Shown: positions 34,231 through 48,299, numbered from the whole stretch's first letter. The stretch is 63,890 bases of DNA, filler included, from Octopus bimaculoides (GCF_001194135.2; 4 parts of 3 records of this genome joined end to end with filler, not necessarily neighbours in it), one strand, 5' to 3'. The notes: generated from the sequence alone by a model not told the origin. Numbers and translations: made by a program.

Positions 34231-35956
34231 TGTCCGAATATTTGCCGGGAAGCGCTATCAAGTTACATGAATATATAGCCAACACATCGTGATAAAACCT
34301 ACTTTTGTGCTTCAATTGACAATCTTTGTCTAGCAAAGATAAAAGTTATTTATCACATAGCCTTTCCGTATAATTGTGGTTTTGCACGTTGCACCAAAAT
34401 TAAAACAAAAATCACAACAAAAATTTCAAAAACATGGAAAGCAAAAAAAAATAATAATAACGTACAAGAAAGTAGAAACGAATAAATAATCAGAACTAAA
34501 TATAAGCAGTTAATCACATACGTTCTCTGGTAGTATATTAATTCGAGGATTTGAAATTGTCTTATTAAATAATGCAGTTATATCAGTTTATTTTATTTTA
34601 TGGTTACCATTGAATTAATGTCGTCTCACTGGAGCGAAAACTAGCTAGAAAGATCCATACTCGTTCTTTTCTACGTTAGTTTTTCAATCATTGCAAGATA
34701 CCTGAAAATGAAATTTCTAAGCCACCACCTGGACGTAAAACCCATACAAGTTTACTGATCTTCAGCTAAATATTTGATATGAGTTTAGCTTATCTATATA
34801 CCACACTGGTTCATTTCTCTCTATCTCTTTCTCCTTCCACGATATATACAGGGTTTGAAGGAAAAAAACCTCTCATATTTCAAATGCCCATTGATGTGGC
34901 GTTACTGAACTTAGACAGGTGGTAACGGGTCTTCATGTAGCTAATGTTTTATCGCTTTTATACCTTTGATATTAGTTACTACCATCGTTTGAAATGGTAC
35001 TCACTCTGTGCTTCCTGTTGTAACGCTTGTGAACTTATATATACATGGTTGGTGACATTTTTCCAAGAAATTATCCACAACTTTTGACACGATTGCAATT
35101 AGGGTTACTAATAAAATACCTGAATAAGTTTTTGATGAAAAATACAATACTCTTTTCCCTGTTGGGTTTAAAAAGTCAGTTCTTTCCCACACTAATGTCT
35201 ACAGTGATAATTTTCAAAAATTGATATCTAATACGGGACAAAATGAGTTATGACTAATCTCAATTTCTCCATTTACGCATGCTACGTAAATATATCAAAA
35301 GACGTCACTCCAACAGATTGTGAAGAAGAATCAGAAAATATTTTATGCTGAGTTTCATAGATTAGTCGAATTTCATTAATTTCCTATTATGTGCCGTTTA
35401 TCTATGACCTGGATATTTTAATTTTTTGTTGCATTTCTGATGTCTAAGAATGGGTATTGATGTGTATGAGTCCTTTTTCAAATGCAATCCTGCCGAACTG
35501 AAGCCGCAAATTTACCTTATCGTGTCTTCATCATTGTTACCTCCAACAAAATTTGTCATTTATATGCTCAAATGCAAAGGAAAATTTTATGAAATTGCGT
35601 ACTGAATATGTTGTACTGTTTTGAATGCGTTTAGAGAAGGTCGTTTGCTAAGATGATGTAGATTTTATAAGGTTGTGAACACAAGTAAAAAATACGTTTT
35701 TTTCTGAAATTCAAAAGTGCATTAAATCTTACTCATACACACATACGCATATATATATATCCACACGCACAGTCACATACACACTCACACAGACATGCAT
35801 ACACACACGCACTTATTTTCTCTCTCCGTTTGTAGGTTCGGAACGTAAAATACTTTTCCATTTTTTTTCGGAGCGTTAAACTAATACGCTTGTTTGTTGT
35901 TTCTACACCTGTCTCCGGCTTTAAATTTCTATCAATTTGAAGTATACATATATACA

Positions 35957-36017
<61 letters not shown>

Positions 36018-36356
36018 CTTAAAATCCGATAGCTGTGCATGGTGTATGTAGCCGTACCAGTTGGAAAATTTCCCGAAGGAGCAGGTGATGATATTAGATT
36101 AATAGAACTGAAATTCTATTGCATTTTTGCATCACCATGCACCAAGAAACGGACGTCGCATTTTAACAAACTATAAACATCTGTATGGATTTGCAAGATT
36201 CCCTACACTCCACCCATTCTAGGTATACAATTTTAATACCGCTTTAATTGTAAGTAGGACTAGATTATTGCATGTTCTTAGTATATTTTTACCATATTTA
36301 TATATTTATATCTATATATTGTCAATGTGTTTTTGATATATTTTTTAAGTGTAATT

Positions 36357-36389
<33 letters not shown>

Positions 36390-36507
36390 ACTATGCATTG
36401 TTAGTACATGATTTTCTGCACATAATAATTTTACAATAGAAAATATTTTAGTAAACTATGTTTTGTCTCACATCATTATTTTCCCTACGTATATATATAT
36501 ATATATA

Positions 36508-36960
36508 ATGTAAAGTTCGTGGGTAAGGTCGGAGAAGTGCGAAATAAATCCAAGGCAAATCACAAGAAAACAGGCATACGAATTAATGGTCACTTACCCT
36601 GCATTCAGTATTTCATGGTTATGACTTCCTCTTCAGGAAATAGTGAATGCTACAGATGTACATGTTTGTCTATTTTTTAAAGAACAGAATGACACGTACG
36701 TTTTGAAATGAAGTAAGCGCTTTCATTGTTCAGTTTTGCAAAAACACACTTGTTATGGGGTCATCGATATAGGGGAAGTACTTTTTCACTAATCTCTGAG
36801 GAGAGTTGCATTTGCAACATTCGCTAATTCCTGAAGCGGGGATACTAACCCTTAAATATTGAATGCAGGGTTAGCCACCATTAATTCATATGCCTGTTTT
36901 CTTGTGATTTGCCTTGGATTTATTTCGCATTATTCCGGTCTTATTCACGAATGTTATGTA
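36508..36960. mobile_element. Inverted-repeat element (~145-bp arms), probably a Penelope-like inverted pseudo-LTR
   Basis: 36508-36655 is the reverse complement of 36813-36960 (about 80%); both flanks are (TA)-rich; CTGAAGA..GAAA motif on the minus arm. The PLE assignment is inference. Confidence 0.6.
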
Positions 36961-36999
36961 ATATATTCAGCATAATGCTTTATACTAAGTATTTCAATT

Positions 37000-37049
<50 letters not shown>

Positions 37050-37412
37050 ATTTAGATTTAGATTCAAAATTGAATATGGTACTTATGTTTAGGCACCAGA
37101 ATATAGTATGCTATTATCCAAAAACCATTCTAAAAGCAAGGTGATCAAAAAATCAAAATAAGCAACACAGATTTTAAAGATGATTGCAGTACGCACGTTT
37201 CATGCTACTCCATTTATTTAAGTAATGCGAGCTTTACATGATATATATCTTATCGGAACCATTCGTCACCGAATTTGGTTCATCTGGTGACCTAATGATG
37301 CTTAAACCTGACATGGATCAGAACAATATATACATGTGCGAGCGTGTGTGTGTGCAATACCTTATAAGAATTCTAAATCCGAAACTTACCCAGAAATATT
37401 CTTCAGCATTGC

Positions 37413-37543
37413 GAAAAAGTACTTCCCGTATACTGTTAACAACATAACAAGTGTGCTTTTGAAAAGCTGAACAATGAAAGCGTTTACACATAGTATATAA
37501 ACTTCATTCCATAGCGTACGTGTCATTCTGTTCCTTAAAAAAT
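37413..37543 (+). repeat. Inverted copy of the 36673-36787 segment
   Basis: gaaaaagtacttccc...aacaagtgtg...ctgaacaatgaaagcg...cgtacgtgtcattctgttc matches the reverse complement of 36673-36787. Confidence 0.75.
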
Positions 37544-37955
37544 GTTTTAAAGAAGTTAATGAGTCTTAGAAAATTTTCCTTTCAATATATCGCGGATATG
37601 TTAGTATTTTCACGTATACGAAACTTTAAGTAACAAGTGGAGCTAAGTCAACGTGCTAATAAATACACCTCCTACTGTCAATGTTTCTTCCGTTTGTTTG
37701 TTTATTCATTCGTATTGATATACTTATATACACACATATGTGTGTGAGTGCGTGCGTGTGTGTGTTTGTGTATATATATATATATATATATATACATATA
37801 TACATATATANNNNNNNNNNNNNNNNNNNNNNNNNNNNNNNNNNNNNNNNNNNNNNNNNNNNNNNNNNNNNNNNNNNNNNNNNNNNNNNNNNNNNNNNNN
37901 NNNNNNNNNNNNNNNNNNNNNNNNNNNNNNNNNNNNNNNNNNNNNNNNNNNNNNN

Positions 37956-37993
<38 letters not shown>

Positions 37994-38009
37994 GTCAGGT
38001 CGCTCCCGT

Positions 38010-38525
38010 ACAACCTGTTACATGGTCAGTTTGTCGGCGACTAAAATGGCAACCCAATCAAGCTTGCTTGGTGAGGATGGTGATAGTTTGACACTCTGCA
38101 GGACGAAAGATAAGGCCTGTGAAAGGACGGAAGAGCTCACGAACCGTCAACGGCCATCCAACATGTGAACATGTGTATGCATGCATGTTTGTAGGCGCGG
38201 GGATATGGAAATACCTGGGTTGGCGTCCTGGCGCGTGGTTAGCCAACTGGGAGTGGGAAGTCCCTCTGCTGTCATGACATTTCTGTAGGAGGGCGACATT
38301 CGGAGAAAACCTGCGACAATGAGAATATTCGATGATGTAGACAAGTTCTTCTTTTCGAGTTTATATTATCCATGTTCAGAGAGTGGGATCGGATGAGTGC
38401 AAATCCTTTCCCCGCATGCACAAGCATCGATGGAAAAAAGTAAGACCTATCACAAAAATGGCTGGTCGTAACCCTCGCATGTGTGCGATTTTCGATCGGG
38501 CGATGGCAATACTCAAACACGAGTT
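38010..38525 (-). pseudogene. CR1-type LINE RT C-terminal relic
   Basis: Minus-strand pieces FEYCH, HAGKGFALIRSHSL, LHHRIFSLSQVF, TTRQ, S*ALPS resemble CR1 motifs (LEYCSH, Q.RA.RLI, L.HRR.V.SL, RTTR, WN.LP). Confidence 0.5.
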
Positions 38526-39445
38526 TGCAATCATCATATGTATGTATGTATGTATGTATTTATTATTTACATAAATGCATATATGTATGGATGGATGAAT
38601 ACATTAATTAATATATAAGATGAATTTATTAATGGCTTGAAGTCTTGTAGTGGAATATTTCCGCAGTAGTCTGCTTAATTGAATATTGGCAATAATAATT
38701 GTGTACAGTAATGTTTTAAATAAATGCTGTTATCTGTAAGAGATTACAATTAATATAGTTTTGCTAATGTTTTCTAGAACACTTCTTAATGAGAATTCCG
38801 TTTGGCAACGAAATATATTTTGTTAAAGTGTTTTTAAATGAATACGCATTTGTACGAACGCATTTAAATTAGTAGTATTTTTAATGATAAGTTTTCAATC
38901 CTGGATAAAACTGCACGTCCAGTCGAAGTTTCTTGGTGATAATTGTTTTTCAAGACGCTTTAAGGAAGGCCTGTAACTGTCATTGCATAATAATTTTGCA
39001 GAGATCAATACAGAGACATACACGCACACACTTGCCAACTCCATTACTTACACAAACTCCTGTCTATATTTGTATATGTACGAATGTATGTGTTCGTGCA
39101 TATTAGTGTATGTGTGTACGCACGTTTGGGGTAGTATGTCTGATTGATTGTTTCTATTAATATTCATTAGACAGAGCAACTTTGATTAATATTTGTGAAT
39201 AAAATCTCGACCTGTGTGACCACATCGGCATTAAGCTAACTTGAAAATGGCGTCCCAGTTATCATCTGCTCCCAGTATTGGATGGAAATACAGTGTCTCT
39301 ATTTAAATAGAATATCAGGCGTTCAATAAACGGAAGCATATTAAATATAGATGATTAATAACCGGAGTAATACATTAATACGATTTCTCTGTAGGAATCG
39401 AATGTTTCTATTCTCCTTGTGACGAATTTGGCCACGAACAGTGTC

Positions 39446-39505
<60 letters not shown>

Positions 39506-41559
39506 GACACACACACACACGCACACAAACATACATACACACACATATACACAATGGAGGGAATACCATTGAGAGTTTTGAGAATATTTTGCTTGCGCTT
39601 GATAAGATGGCGCTCTCACATTCCCGGGACTACAATTCTCATCTCGGCATTGGATATCCTGTTCCCGGTTGTCTATGGATCATGTCAATAGGGTGGAAAG
39701 TTGTTATGCACAGATACGGTGGACATATACAATACAACACACACACTCACACACGCACAAACACACACATATATATAAGCATAAAAAGATAAAAGTATAA
39801 ACAGGCAAATCAATTTATATCACGTTTATGATAGTAATATCTTTGAAACTGAAAATTACATGAGTACAGATCATCAGAAGGAAGGAACAAAGTAGGTATG
39901 CAGAACATCTCTTGGAACAGTTTCAAGAACAGATGCGCAGACGGTGAACATTGTGCAAAATAAGCGGTAGCAACCCATATATCAGCGCTCAATTTAGTCA
40001 TCGGGAGGTGAAGGAGATATAGCGGTGATCTATTCAACTAGAGATATCTGTATTCGTTGAGAGTCACTAAAATGAATCGCTTATTGTCCCAATAGGGCAT
40101 TAATATTTAATTTTACGTTTATTGAATGGAATGCATATGTTTAGGCGAGTGTGTAGACATATTAAATGAGAGAACACAGATTGTAAATCTTGTCTTTTAG
40201 TAGAGAAGATTCAACGAAAATCTAGCAGAATGTGGCTACTAGAGAATAACAGTTAGTTAGATGATGACGATATCATTCCAGTTACAATGGAAAGTAAGAT
40301 TAAATGTTAAAAATTATAGAATATGGAATGTTCGAGAAACTGGGGAATTTAGAGTTGGAGATGGAAGCAAAAATGTCGGATTGGTGTATAAAAGGATAAT
40401 CAAAGTGAGAGAAGATGATTAATATAATTCATATTGTATCTAGGCGTAAAAAGGTAAGTAAGCGGAATAGTACATCAATCTAATGTGGTTAAGTCGTTTA
40501 TAAAGAACGAAATTACTACATATATATTTGTGATATAAGTTAAATTTAATAGTGGCAAGAGGTACATCCATTTAAAGTGAGTGAGAATTGTGTTGAGAGA
40601 CTCAACATACACATTTAGGTTTGTGATATAAGTAAACTTAAATTGAATTAAGTCAGCTTGGTGTAAGAAGTGAATTCAGTTTTTTATGAGATTTTTGATT
40701 GAGACTCAGAGAACTACATTTAATTTTGCGATAAAAACGGAATATTTAAAAAAATCTGAGATCACATATAGTAAACGTTTCTTTGTGTTTATTTTATAAT
40801 AGTAGTGGATTATGTAAAAGGCTCAGTTTACATTACTTTAAGCATAAACAGCGTAGAACATAGTACAGAACATTGTCGTCTATGATAGACCAAGATATAT
40901 TATATTTCTCTTCCAATGAATGCCATTTCTATACCTGAAAAAATAAACATATCACACATCACACATAAAGTTTTAACCTGTTTGTACACATGCTTCTAAA
41001 ATTTGAAGTTATTTTAACAAGAATTGGTAAAGTTTTTAGATTGCATGATGATATCAAATTTTTTGAAACACTCAGTATATGTAAGTATGTATGTATGTAT
41101 GCATGTATGTATATAAATATAAATAAATAAATATATATATATTATATATATATACACAACGAATACTACACCATCGCCTGCTAGTTATATATCACAAACT
41201 AAACTTCTACATTTAAGTCAATCAACGCTGTTAGAGCCATGTCTTACCCACTGCTCGACTTCATTCTACTTGACACCATGTAGCACTAAATATTAGCTAC
41301 ACGTTACCTTTTGCGAATCGTCAAACAAATAAATTAATGTGAGATATGATGGACAATATTGTTATTAGTATTGTATGGATCAGAACGAGATATGATAGTT
41401 ATGTATAGAATGGCACTGTTTATTTGTCTACTGATTAACATCAACCACAAATATATCACTAGATCAACAGAACAATCATATCGACAACACATATCATTCC
41501 CAGTCAAAATAAATCCCTTTCTCGTAGCGTAACTGGACCAAGTACGATGAAGAGTATTG

Positions 41560-41676
41560 CCACTGCTGCTGCTGTTGCTGCTGCTACTGTTGCTGCTGCT
41601 ACTGTTGCTGCTGCTGCTGTTGCTGCTGCTGCTGTTGCTGCAGCTGTTGCTGTTGCTGCTGTTGCTGCTACTACTG

Positions 41677-41736
<60 letters not shown>

Positions 41737-41940
41737 GGACGACGATCACCATCACCAGTAACAACAGGAGCATACAACCACCACCACAAGCACCACTACT
41801 ATTACTTTAAGTAGTTGCAGCAGTAGTAGCAGTAGTATCAGCATCGTTATGATCATCGTCATCGTCATTATCATCATCGTCATCGTCATCATCATCAGCA
41901 GCAGCAGCGGTACTAGTAGTTGTTGTAGTTGTTGTTGCTG
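41560..41940. repeat. Compound trinucleotide tract (CTG/TTG, CTA, CAC, CAT, CAG, TTG)
   Basis: Visible interrupted triplet runs. Confidence 0.9.
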
Positions 41941-44900
41941 TCCTGCATCTCCTTTCATTTCGACGTCCCGCGAGCTTCATGAATTTATAAATTGCAATAA
42001 ATCGACTAAAAGAGCAAAAGCACTGAAAAGAGATTTTAGCTGATAATTGAATGCGGTTCGATTACTTAGCTTCGTTCATCCACCCACCCTCATCCACTTT
42101 ATTCTCTGCTGTTGATTAAAGTTAATGCCGCCATTGTTGATTGTACAATTGCATTTCACACACCCGGTCTAAAGACTTAACTTATCACACGGTTTATGTC
42201 CAGAAGCAGAAGTCCAAATTAAACGGACTAATGCTTTTACAGCTGTGAGCTATTACGATTACTGAAAATTTAAAATATTCGTCCGCAAGCTTAAAATTTG
42301 CTGCAAATAGTCTTCTTATTAAATCTGACGCATCCATCACCCGACGTCGCATTCTTGACGCCGAGTCACAGACATAATTTCCTTTTTCGGGATTTTACAG
42401 CATTGTTAAAGACATGGTAGTCATGTGTGTTAATTGACGTAATGAGAAATCTGTTACTTTAATGCAATAAATTCTTAGCCACTATTACTCTTTATAGACG
42501 ACAACAAATTCTAATTCATCAGCATACCACTTACTCTCGCCATCAGCCAGTCAATATAACGATCATTAACATCACTACATCACACTATTCTGAAGAAGTT
42601 CCATCAATATCGCCAGCATCACTTTAATTACTAAAAATATAACTATAAATCATAACTGTCAACATCGTTCATCTTTTCTTAAACGTCCAACAAATGCTGT
42701 GATTTACAATTACCCCATTTTGTCTGTTGCAAACTTCGAAACAGAATTATCGATGGAAAAAAAAAAACAAGAAGAAATTCCTGTTTGTGGAAATTTCAAT
42801 CTTTCTCTGCTATTACAAAATGTGAAATTAGCATAGACCTTGTTGCAAAATGTCCATATTTCTCCGCAACGAAACATCAGTAGACATCACGCTCTTGCAA
42901 ATGGTATCGAGTAAATGGCGCAGCTAAACCGATAGATGTTCAGTAACGCTGTTGTTTTTGTATTTCAATGTAAATTTTTTCTCTCAAGTTTATGTTTAGT
43001 ATTGCGAATAGTAACTACAAACAAAATTAGTGTTGTATATGTATGGCGGAGATTGTACAAGCGATAACAAATATGGAGAGTTTCCTTGCAATACGTAGTT
43101 CAGTAAACAAACTTAAAGCTTGCTCAAATATGTCTGAGAGATGTTTGAACTCAATAAAAGAGTTAACACTGTAGTTTGTCATGAAGAAAATATTCTCGCT
43201 TAAAACAAAATAGTGTAAAACACCATAGTCAACTCAAACCACCCACTATTAGACTGCTGGATGCGTCTATTTCAAACTCTTATTTCTCAATCGCTGCAAA
43301 TACCAAAGGAGAGCTTATTGTGACCTTACTGAGAGGTGAAGATTTTCCTATAAGAAATCAGACAATATTATTCGTCAGCCATGCTGAAACAAATTCGTGT
43401 TCAAATACCTGTTCAAATATCACTCAGGCATATTTGAAGAGGTATTAATTTTGTTTACTCCCAGTCACTGCTTCGCACATCTATTCCTGAACTTAGTTCA
43501 GTACTTTAGGTTAGTTACCTCCATTTACATCGAAGTATATTTTACCTTTCAGCCTCTTAGATTCTCAAAAGTAGAACCAATAATAAGCTTAATGTGTAAT
43601 TACGCTGACTTTTATACTTTTATATCTTCCGGATAATCTAATTACGTTTTATTAATATTAAAATCTTATTTCAAAGATTATTCACACTTTATATCTTCAA
43701 ATCTTACCAACGTTCTGTATCATTTTATTAAATATAGCAGGAAGGTTGCTTATTTTTTTAAACCAAAAACAGCTTGACAATTTCACCTGGTATCGTGTAT
43801 GTTAGTGGTATTTAATTATTTTAGTCTTTGAGTGCATGTGTTTAAGAAAGAGAAGTTTTAAAATTGTATGTTTTTTATTCCACATTCGACAAAACGTTCG
43901 ATCATCTAAAGCTTAATGATAGGCAAGCTACCTTTTATTATCTAAGACGTCAACTTACTGAAATAAGCAGCTGTATATTTTATTGAAACCACATTGTGTT
44001 GTGAAGGAATATAACCAGGATGGATTCATAAATTTATATTTTCACACAACAAGAAAGGTAACAACAACAAGAACGATAGTGAAGTAACCAACTGTATATT
44101 TTATTGAATTCTGGTCTGTTCTAAAGGAATACAACTTAGATGGATTCAATAATTTATATTTTGCTTCGTTGCCGTTGTACATTGAGAATAACCCCAATTT
44201 ATCATAACTATTTGAAATTTATGATGACGAATAATTGGAAACTAGCTTGATAAAAAAAATATTTTCTCTTTTTCAAACGTGTCATAAATCGTAAGAATAT
44301 TTTGTCAAATAATAGCGTTATTGAATTGGGGGAACAAAAGTTAAAATTTCCTTCACACATGATACTTGTTGAGCTATTAAGGCCTTAACCGAGCAATGAT
44401 AATTATTTACAAGCTAGGCTTTGTTGCTAATTTTTTGCACCATAATGCCATTTTATTTTTACAAGGATTTAGGTTTTACAGCCTCTTTACATTGATGACA
44501 GCTACCATCAATATATGGTGGAATATCTGCGATCTGGTTTAGTTTATCGACAGAGGGAAAAATTGTGAAAATTTAACGTCAGAACCAATACCCTCAATCA
44601 TATTTATAACAAATGAGACACTGATGTTGCTTTTGAGAAAGTCTCTTTAGACGCAAAAATTACTACATTTCTTGTTAAAAGGAATACATCTTATACAAAT
44701 AGTGTAAAACTGTTGGCTCAATAAAATGTAATGTTTATGAATATATAGAAAATGTAAAATAGGATACGAGAAAGAAAGGTAGCAAATCGACAACAGTTTC
44801 AAGGAGGTCCTTTTTTACGTGAGTACATTAATATTAATACGGCGACTAGAGATCTTTCCCTAATGGGCATGGCATTGTGTTCTTGGATAACTTATTCATT

Positions 44901-46329
44901 CCGAAACGAATAGAGTAATATATATAGTTTTAATAGTAACCCTCTCCACATACAATGGTTTATCTCAATTGGTACCCTATGTAAATCTCATATAGATTTA
45001 TTTATCTCAATAGCGGCCGTCCTATTTTTATATAGATTCACAGCGCGTCCAATCTTTCCTTTTCTATCCTGTTTCATAGATTAGGTATGTACCTACAATT
45101 ACTAAATTTTTACTAATAGAATTTGGTCAAATTATTAAATGAGTTCTTCAAGGTTTAGAAAAAAATCTTCTTACCTCTAATTGAAACATTCGTATTAATA
45201 TGATGGAAATTGGACTGTGTTGAAAATATATTATAGAAATACAATAAAAGAAAACATCTAAAAGTTTGGCTCAGATAATTTCTATCTCAGTACATGAAAT
45301 CGCGAGCGAAAAGTAATGTACTTTAAAAGATTTGGTAGTTGGAGGTTGTGAAATACTCACGGGTTGATTATAGAGATATTTATGGTTTGATTAGGATTTA
45401 TTTTGTCTTCTTGAGTCAGTTCGTTTATGGTGTTTATTATTTAGTCATTAATAAATAATACAGTTTGTTTGCCAGAAGTATTAAAATTTGGCACCATATT
45501 TATCGATAAACAGCGGAAATTATCGTAAAGAAACCTCATCAGATTCGTTTAAGTTAGAGCAAAAGATTTATAGTTTCCAGAATATATAGCTACAGCAAGA
45601 AAGAAATTGGCTAAGAATTTCTCTCCTCTATAAAGATTTCGACGGTTTTTGACTGTTTCTGTAAAATTTATTGATTTTAACTTGAACTCACAGCTGAGGT
45701 TATCCAATATCAGATGTAAGACATAGCAAATAGCTTTGGATGCAGCATAATCTCAAATCAAATGTTGAAGGTGGTCGGCAACAGATTTAAGGAGAACGAA
45801 TCAGCGAATATAAAATGTGTAGGCAAACCCTTTGAAATAAAATCGATAATAATTAATTAAGCTCACGTCAAATGAGGTAATATCAGATATTAAAATACAG
45901 AATTACGTACATTACTCAATATTGTTGGGAATCTTATTTTGCTGAGATAAAATATCGGAAGATTTAATTTGCTTTTCGTATACTGGATCCCTGTTCACTT
46001 TTCGATAGTTTGAAATATGCGTGAAATTTATTCTTCTAGTATAAAAAAAAAAATACTAGTATTGGTACCATAATATTATTAATACAATAACACAACTATC
46101 GCTATTTCTCCAGTGTTGAAAACATCGTATCAATATTGATCAACAAATGCATGTATTGATACTTCTTTAACATTGATCACACAATACTAGTATTGATAAA
46201 ATAATGCAAGTCATATATTTCTAGCCAGACTGCCATTATCTGAAAGAATTCAATAATTCAGAAATGTTGATATTCAGTAGAGCAAGCAAAATGAATACCA
46301 TGTCCCCACTTCCAGTCGGCCGTAATTTG

Positions 46330-46790
46330 ACATCTCAAACCCCCAGAATTACCAGTGGAGAATCAGATATCAAAATTCCATTCGCGATAAGATCAACTCC
46401 AACTTTGCAGATAATCACACCTTGGAAGAAAAATGGTCTTCCTTGAAAAACATCATCTCCGAAGCTGCCAAATGCACTATCGAATTTTCCAAAAGAAAGA
46501 ATCAAGACTGGTTTCATGACAACGGAAAAGAAATCAAGTGCCTGATCGATGAGAAGAGAGAGGCCCGATTATCCCATGAACAAGACTGGCTTGAAGAAGA
46601 TAAAACAAAAGTATCATGAGTGAGATGTAGAAAGCTTGGTGGCAACGGAAAGCAAGGTCGTTTCAATAGTATTTTGATGCTTGAAGTCTTAGAAATTTCT
46701 ATGCGGAATCAAACAACTGTTTGGTCTTGTAAAGTCGTCAAATGACATTCAACTTGTGGTAGGCAATGTTAACATTCTAACTAGGCCGCT
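46330..46790 (+). pseudogene. RTE-clade LINE fragment (linker between APE and RT)
   Basis: LEEKWSSLKNIISEAAKCTIEFSKRKNQDWFHDNGKEIKCLIDEKR matches the RTE W..LK....AA...G...RK.QDWFD.N..EI motif. Confidence 0.75.
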
Positions 46791-47249
46791 GAACATCCTA
46801 GGCCGCGGGAAGTAACATTTTTCTGTTTTGCTAAATCGTGAATCAAAAAGAGAAGACATTCTGAGAATAGTAATTTTTTTTATCTATCACAACCTTAGAT
46901 GATAACTTGAGTTCCGTAAAGTAACGAAATGTATGAAAGCAAAAAAAATAAAAAAGCTCGGGACTCAATGATATAACATTCGAATTGTTGCCAGAAAGCA
47001 GATTACCGCTGTAAATTAAACCCTCCATCCTGTTTCTTAAGATGTAGGTGGTACGCCATGTCCTAAATGATCTCAAAGACGCCGTCATATCAGTATATTC
47101 AAGAAAGGAAATAGAAAATCCTGAAAATTCTATCCCGTTTTATATATAAATACATACATGTGTGTTCGTGTGATAACACGCGCGGGTGTTTGTGTGTGTG
47201 CATGCGCACCTTAACGTTCGTGCTTGTCTTCCAATACTTGTCAACGGGT

Positions 47250-47410
47250 GTTGGTTTGTTTACCTCCCAGTAACATAGGGGTTCGATTAAAAGAAACTGA
47301 CAGATTAATTACCAGATATTAAACAGTAAGTATTGCTTCAATTTGTTAGACGAGAATTTTCAAAACGTTGCCACAGCATGCCTGCATTCCAATGGCTGAA
47401 ATAAGTAAAA
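47250..47410 (+). mobile_element. Diverged 3' half of SINE family A
   Basis: ttgtcaacgggtgttggtttgtttac...gccacagcatg...aatggctgaaataagtaaa. Confidence 0.6.
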
Positions 47411-47532
47411 TATATATATATATATATATATANNNNNNNNNNNNNNNNNNNNNNNNNNNNNNNNNNNNNNNNNNNNTTAATTAATTAANNNNNNNNNNNN
47501 NNNNNNNNNNNNNNNNNNNNNNNNNNNNNNNN

Positions 47533-47655
47533 TTTTCATCGTTGTCCCCACTTTTGTTTTTTTTCTGCTTTGTTTTCGACCCCCTCGAAAAGAAAAACTC
47601 TACATTTGTATTTTGTCCCCTCTGTGTTGAGCCCTGTGTGGCTAATAAAGAAACC
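47533..47655 (+). mobile_element. LINE (L1/Tx1-type) 3' tail before (CTAT)n
   Basis: Ends ttgtattttgtcccctctgtgttgagccctgtgtggctaataaagaaa + (CTAT)n. Confidence 0.55.
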
Positions 47656-48251
47656 TATCTATCTATCTATCTATCTATGTATCATCTGTGTGTGCACTTG
47701 TGTGTGCACTTGTGTGTGCACTTGTGTGTGTGTCTACATGTATATGTTGGCATGTACCTGCGTGTATGCATATGTCTACATATCTCGACAAGAATCTACC
47801 GATATTTCTTTAGGTTATTAACTGAGGGAGGAAAATCGAAAAAGTAATGGCGCCATTTGCCGTAAAATGGCAGAAATTTTGACAGCGGAGGCGAAGAATA
47901 TGTGGAAACGCTTTAAGTACAGAAAAAAGGGAAATAGGGAGAACCAAGGGGAAAATCAAAGAAATGTCTTCAAAATTTAATGCGACAGGAACTGGCAGGC
48001 ATTAAGCAAGATCTACAGTAGTTATATTTAATAGACTTTTAGAAAGTGGGTGGATTGATTTTTCTTAATAGATCTATATCTAGCAGAGTTGAGTTGATTG
48101 AATTAGCTGAAATGACGCCACATATAAATAATAATATATTCAAACAGAAACACTGAGATACGAGACACAATTAAACTTCATAGCGCATAAAACATTGTGC
48201 ATTGGCAAACACACATACATATTTTTGTGTATATAAATATGTATGTATGTA

Positions 48252-48299
<48 letters not shown>

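Noticed and set aside
41334-41958. Poly-Ser/Ala/Leu/Gln ORFs over the compound triplet tract
   Set aside because: The poly-Q frame has internal TAG stops, the flanks show no recognisable domain or good splice signals, and such compound triplet tracts are common here
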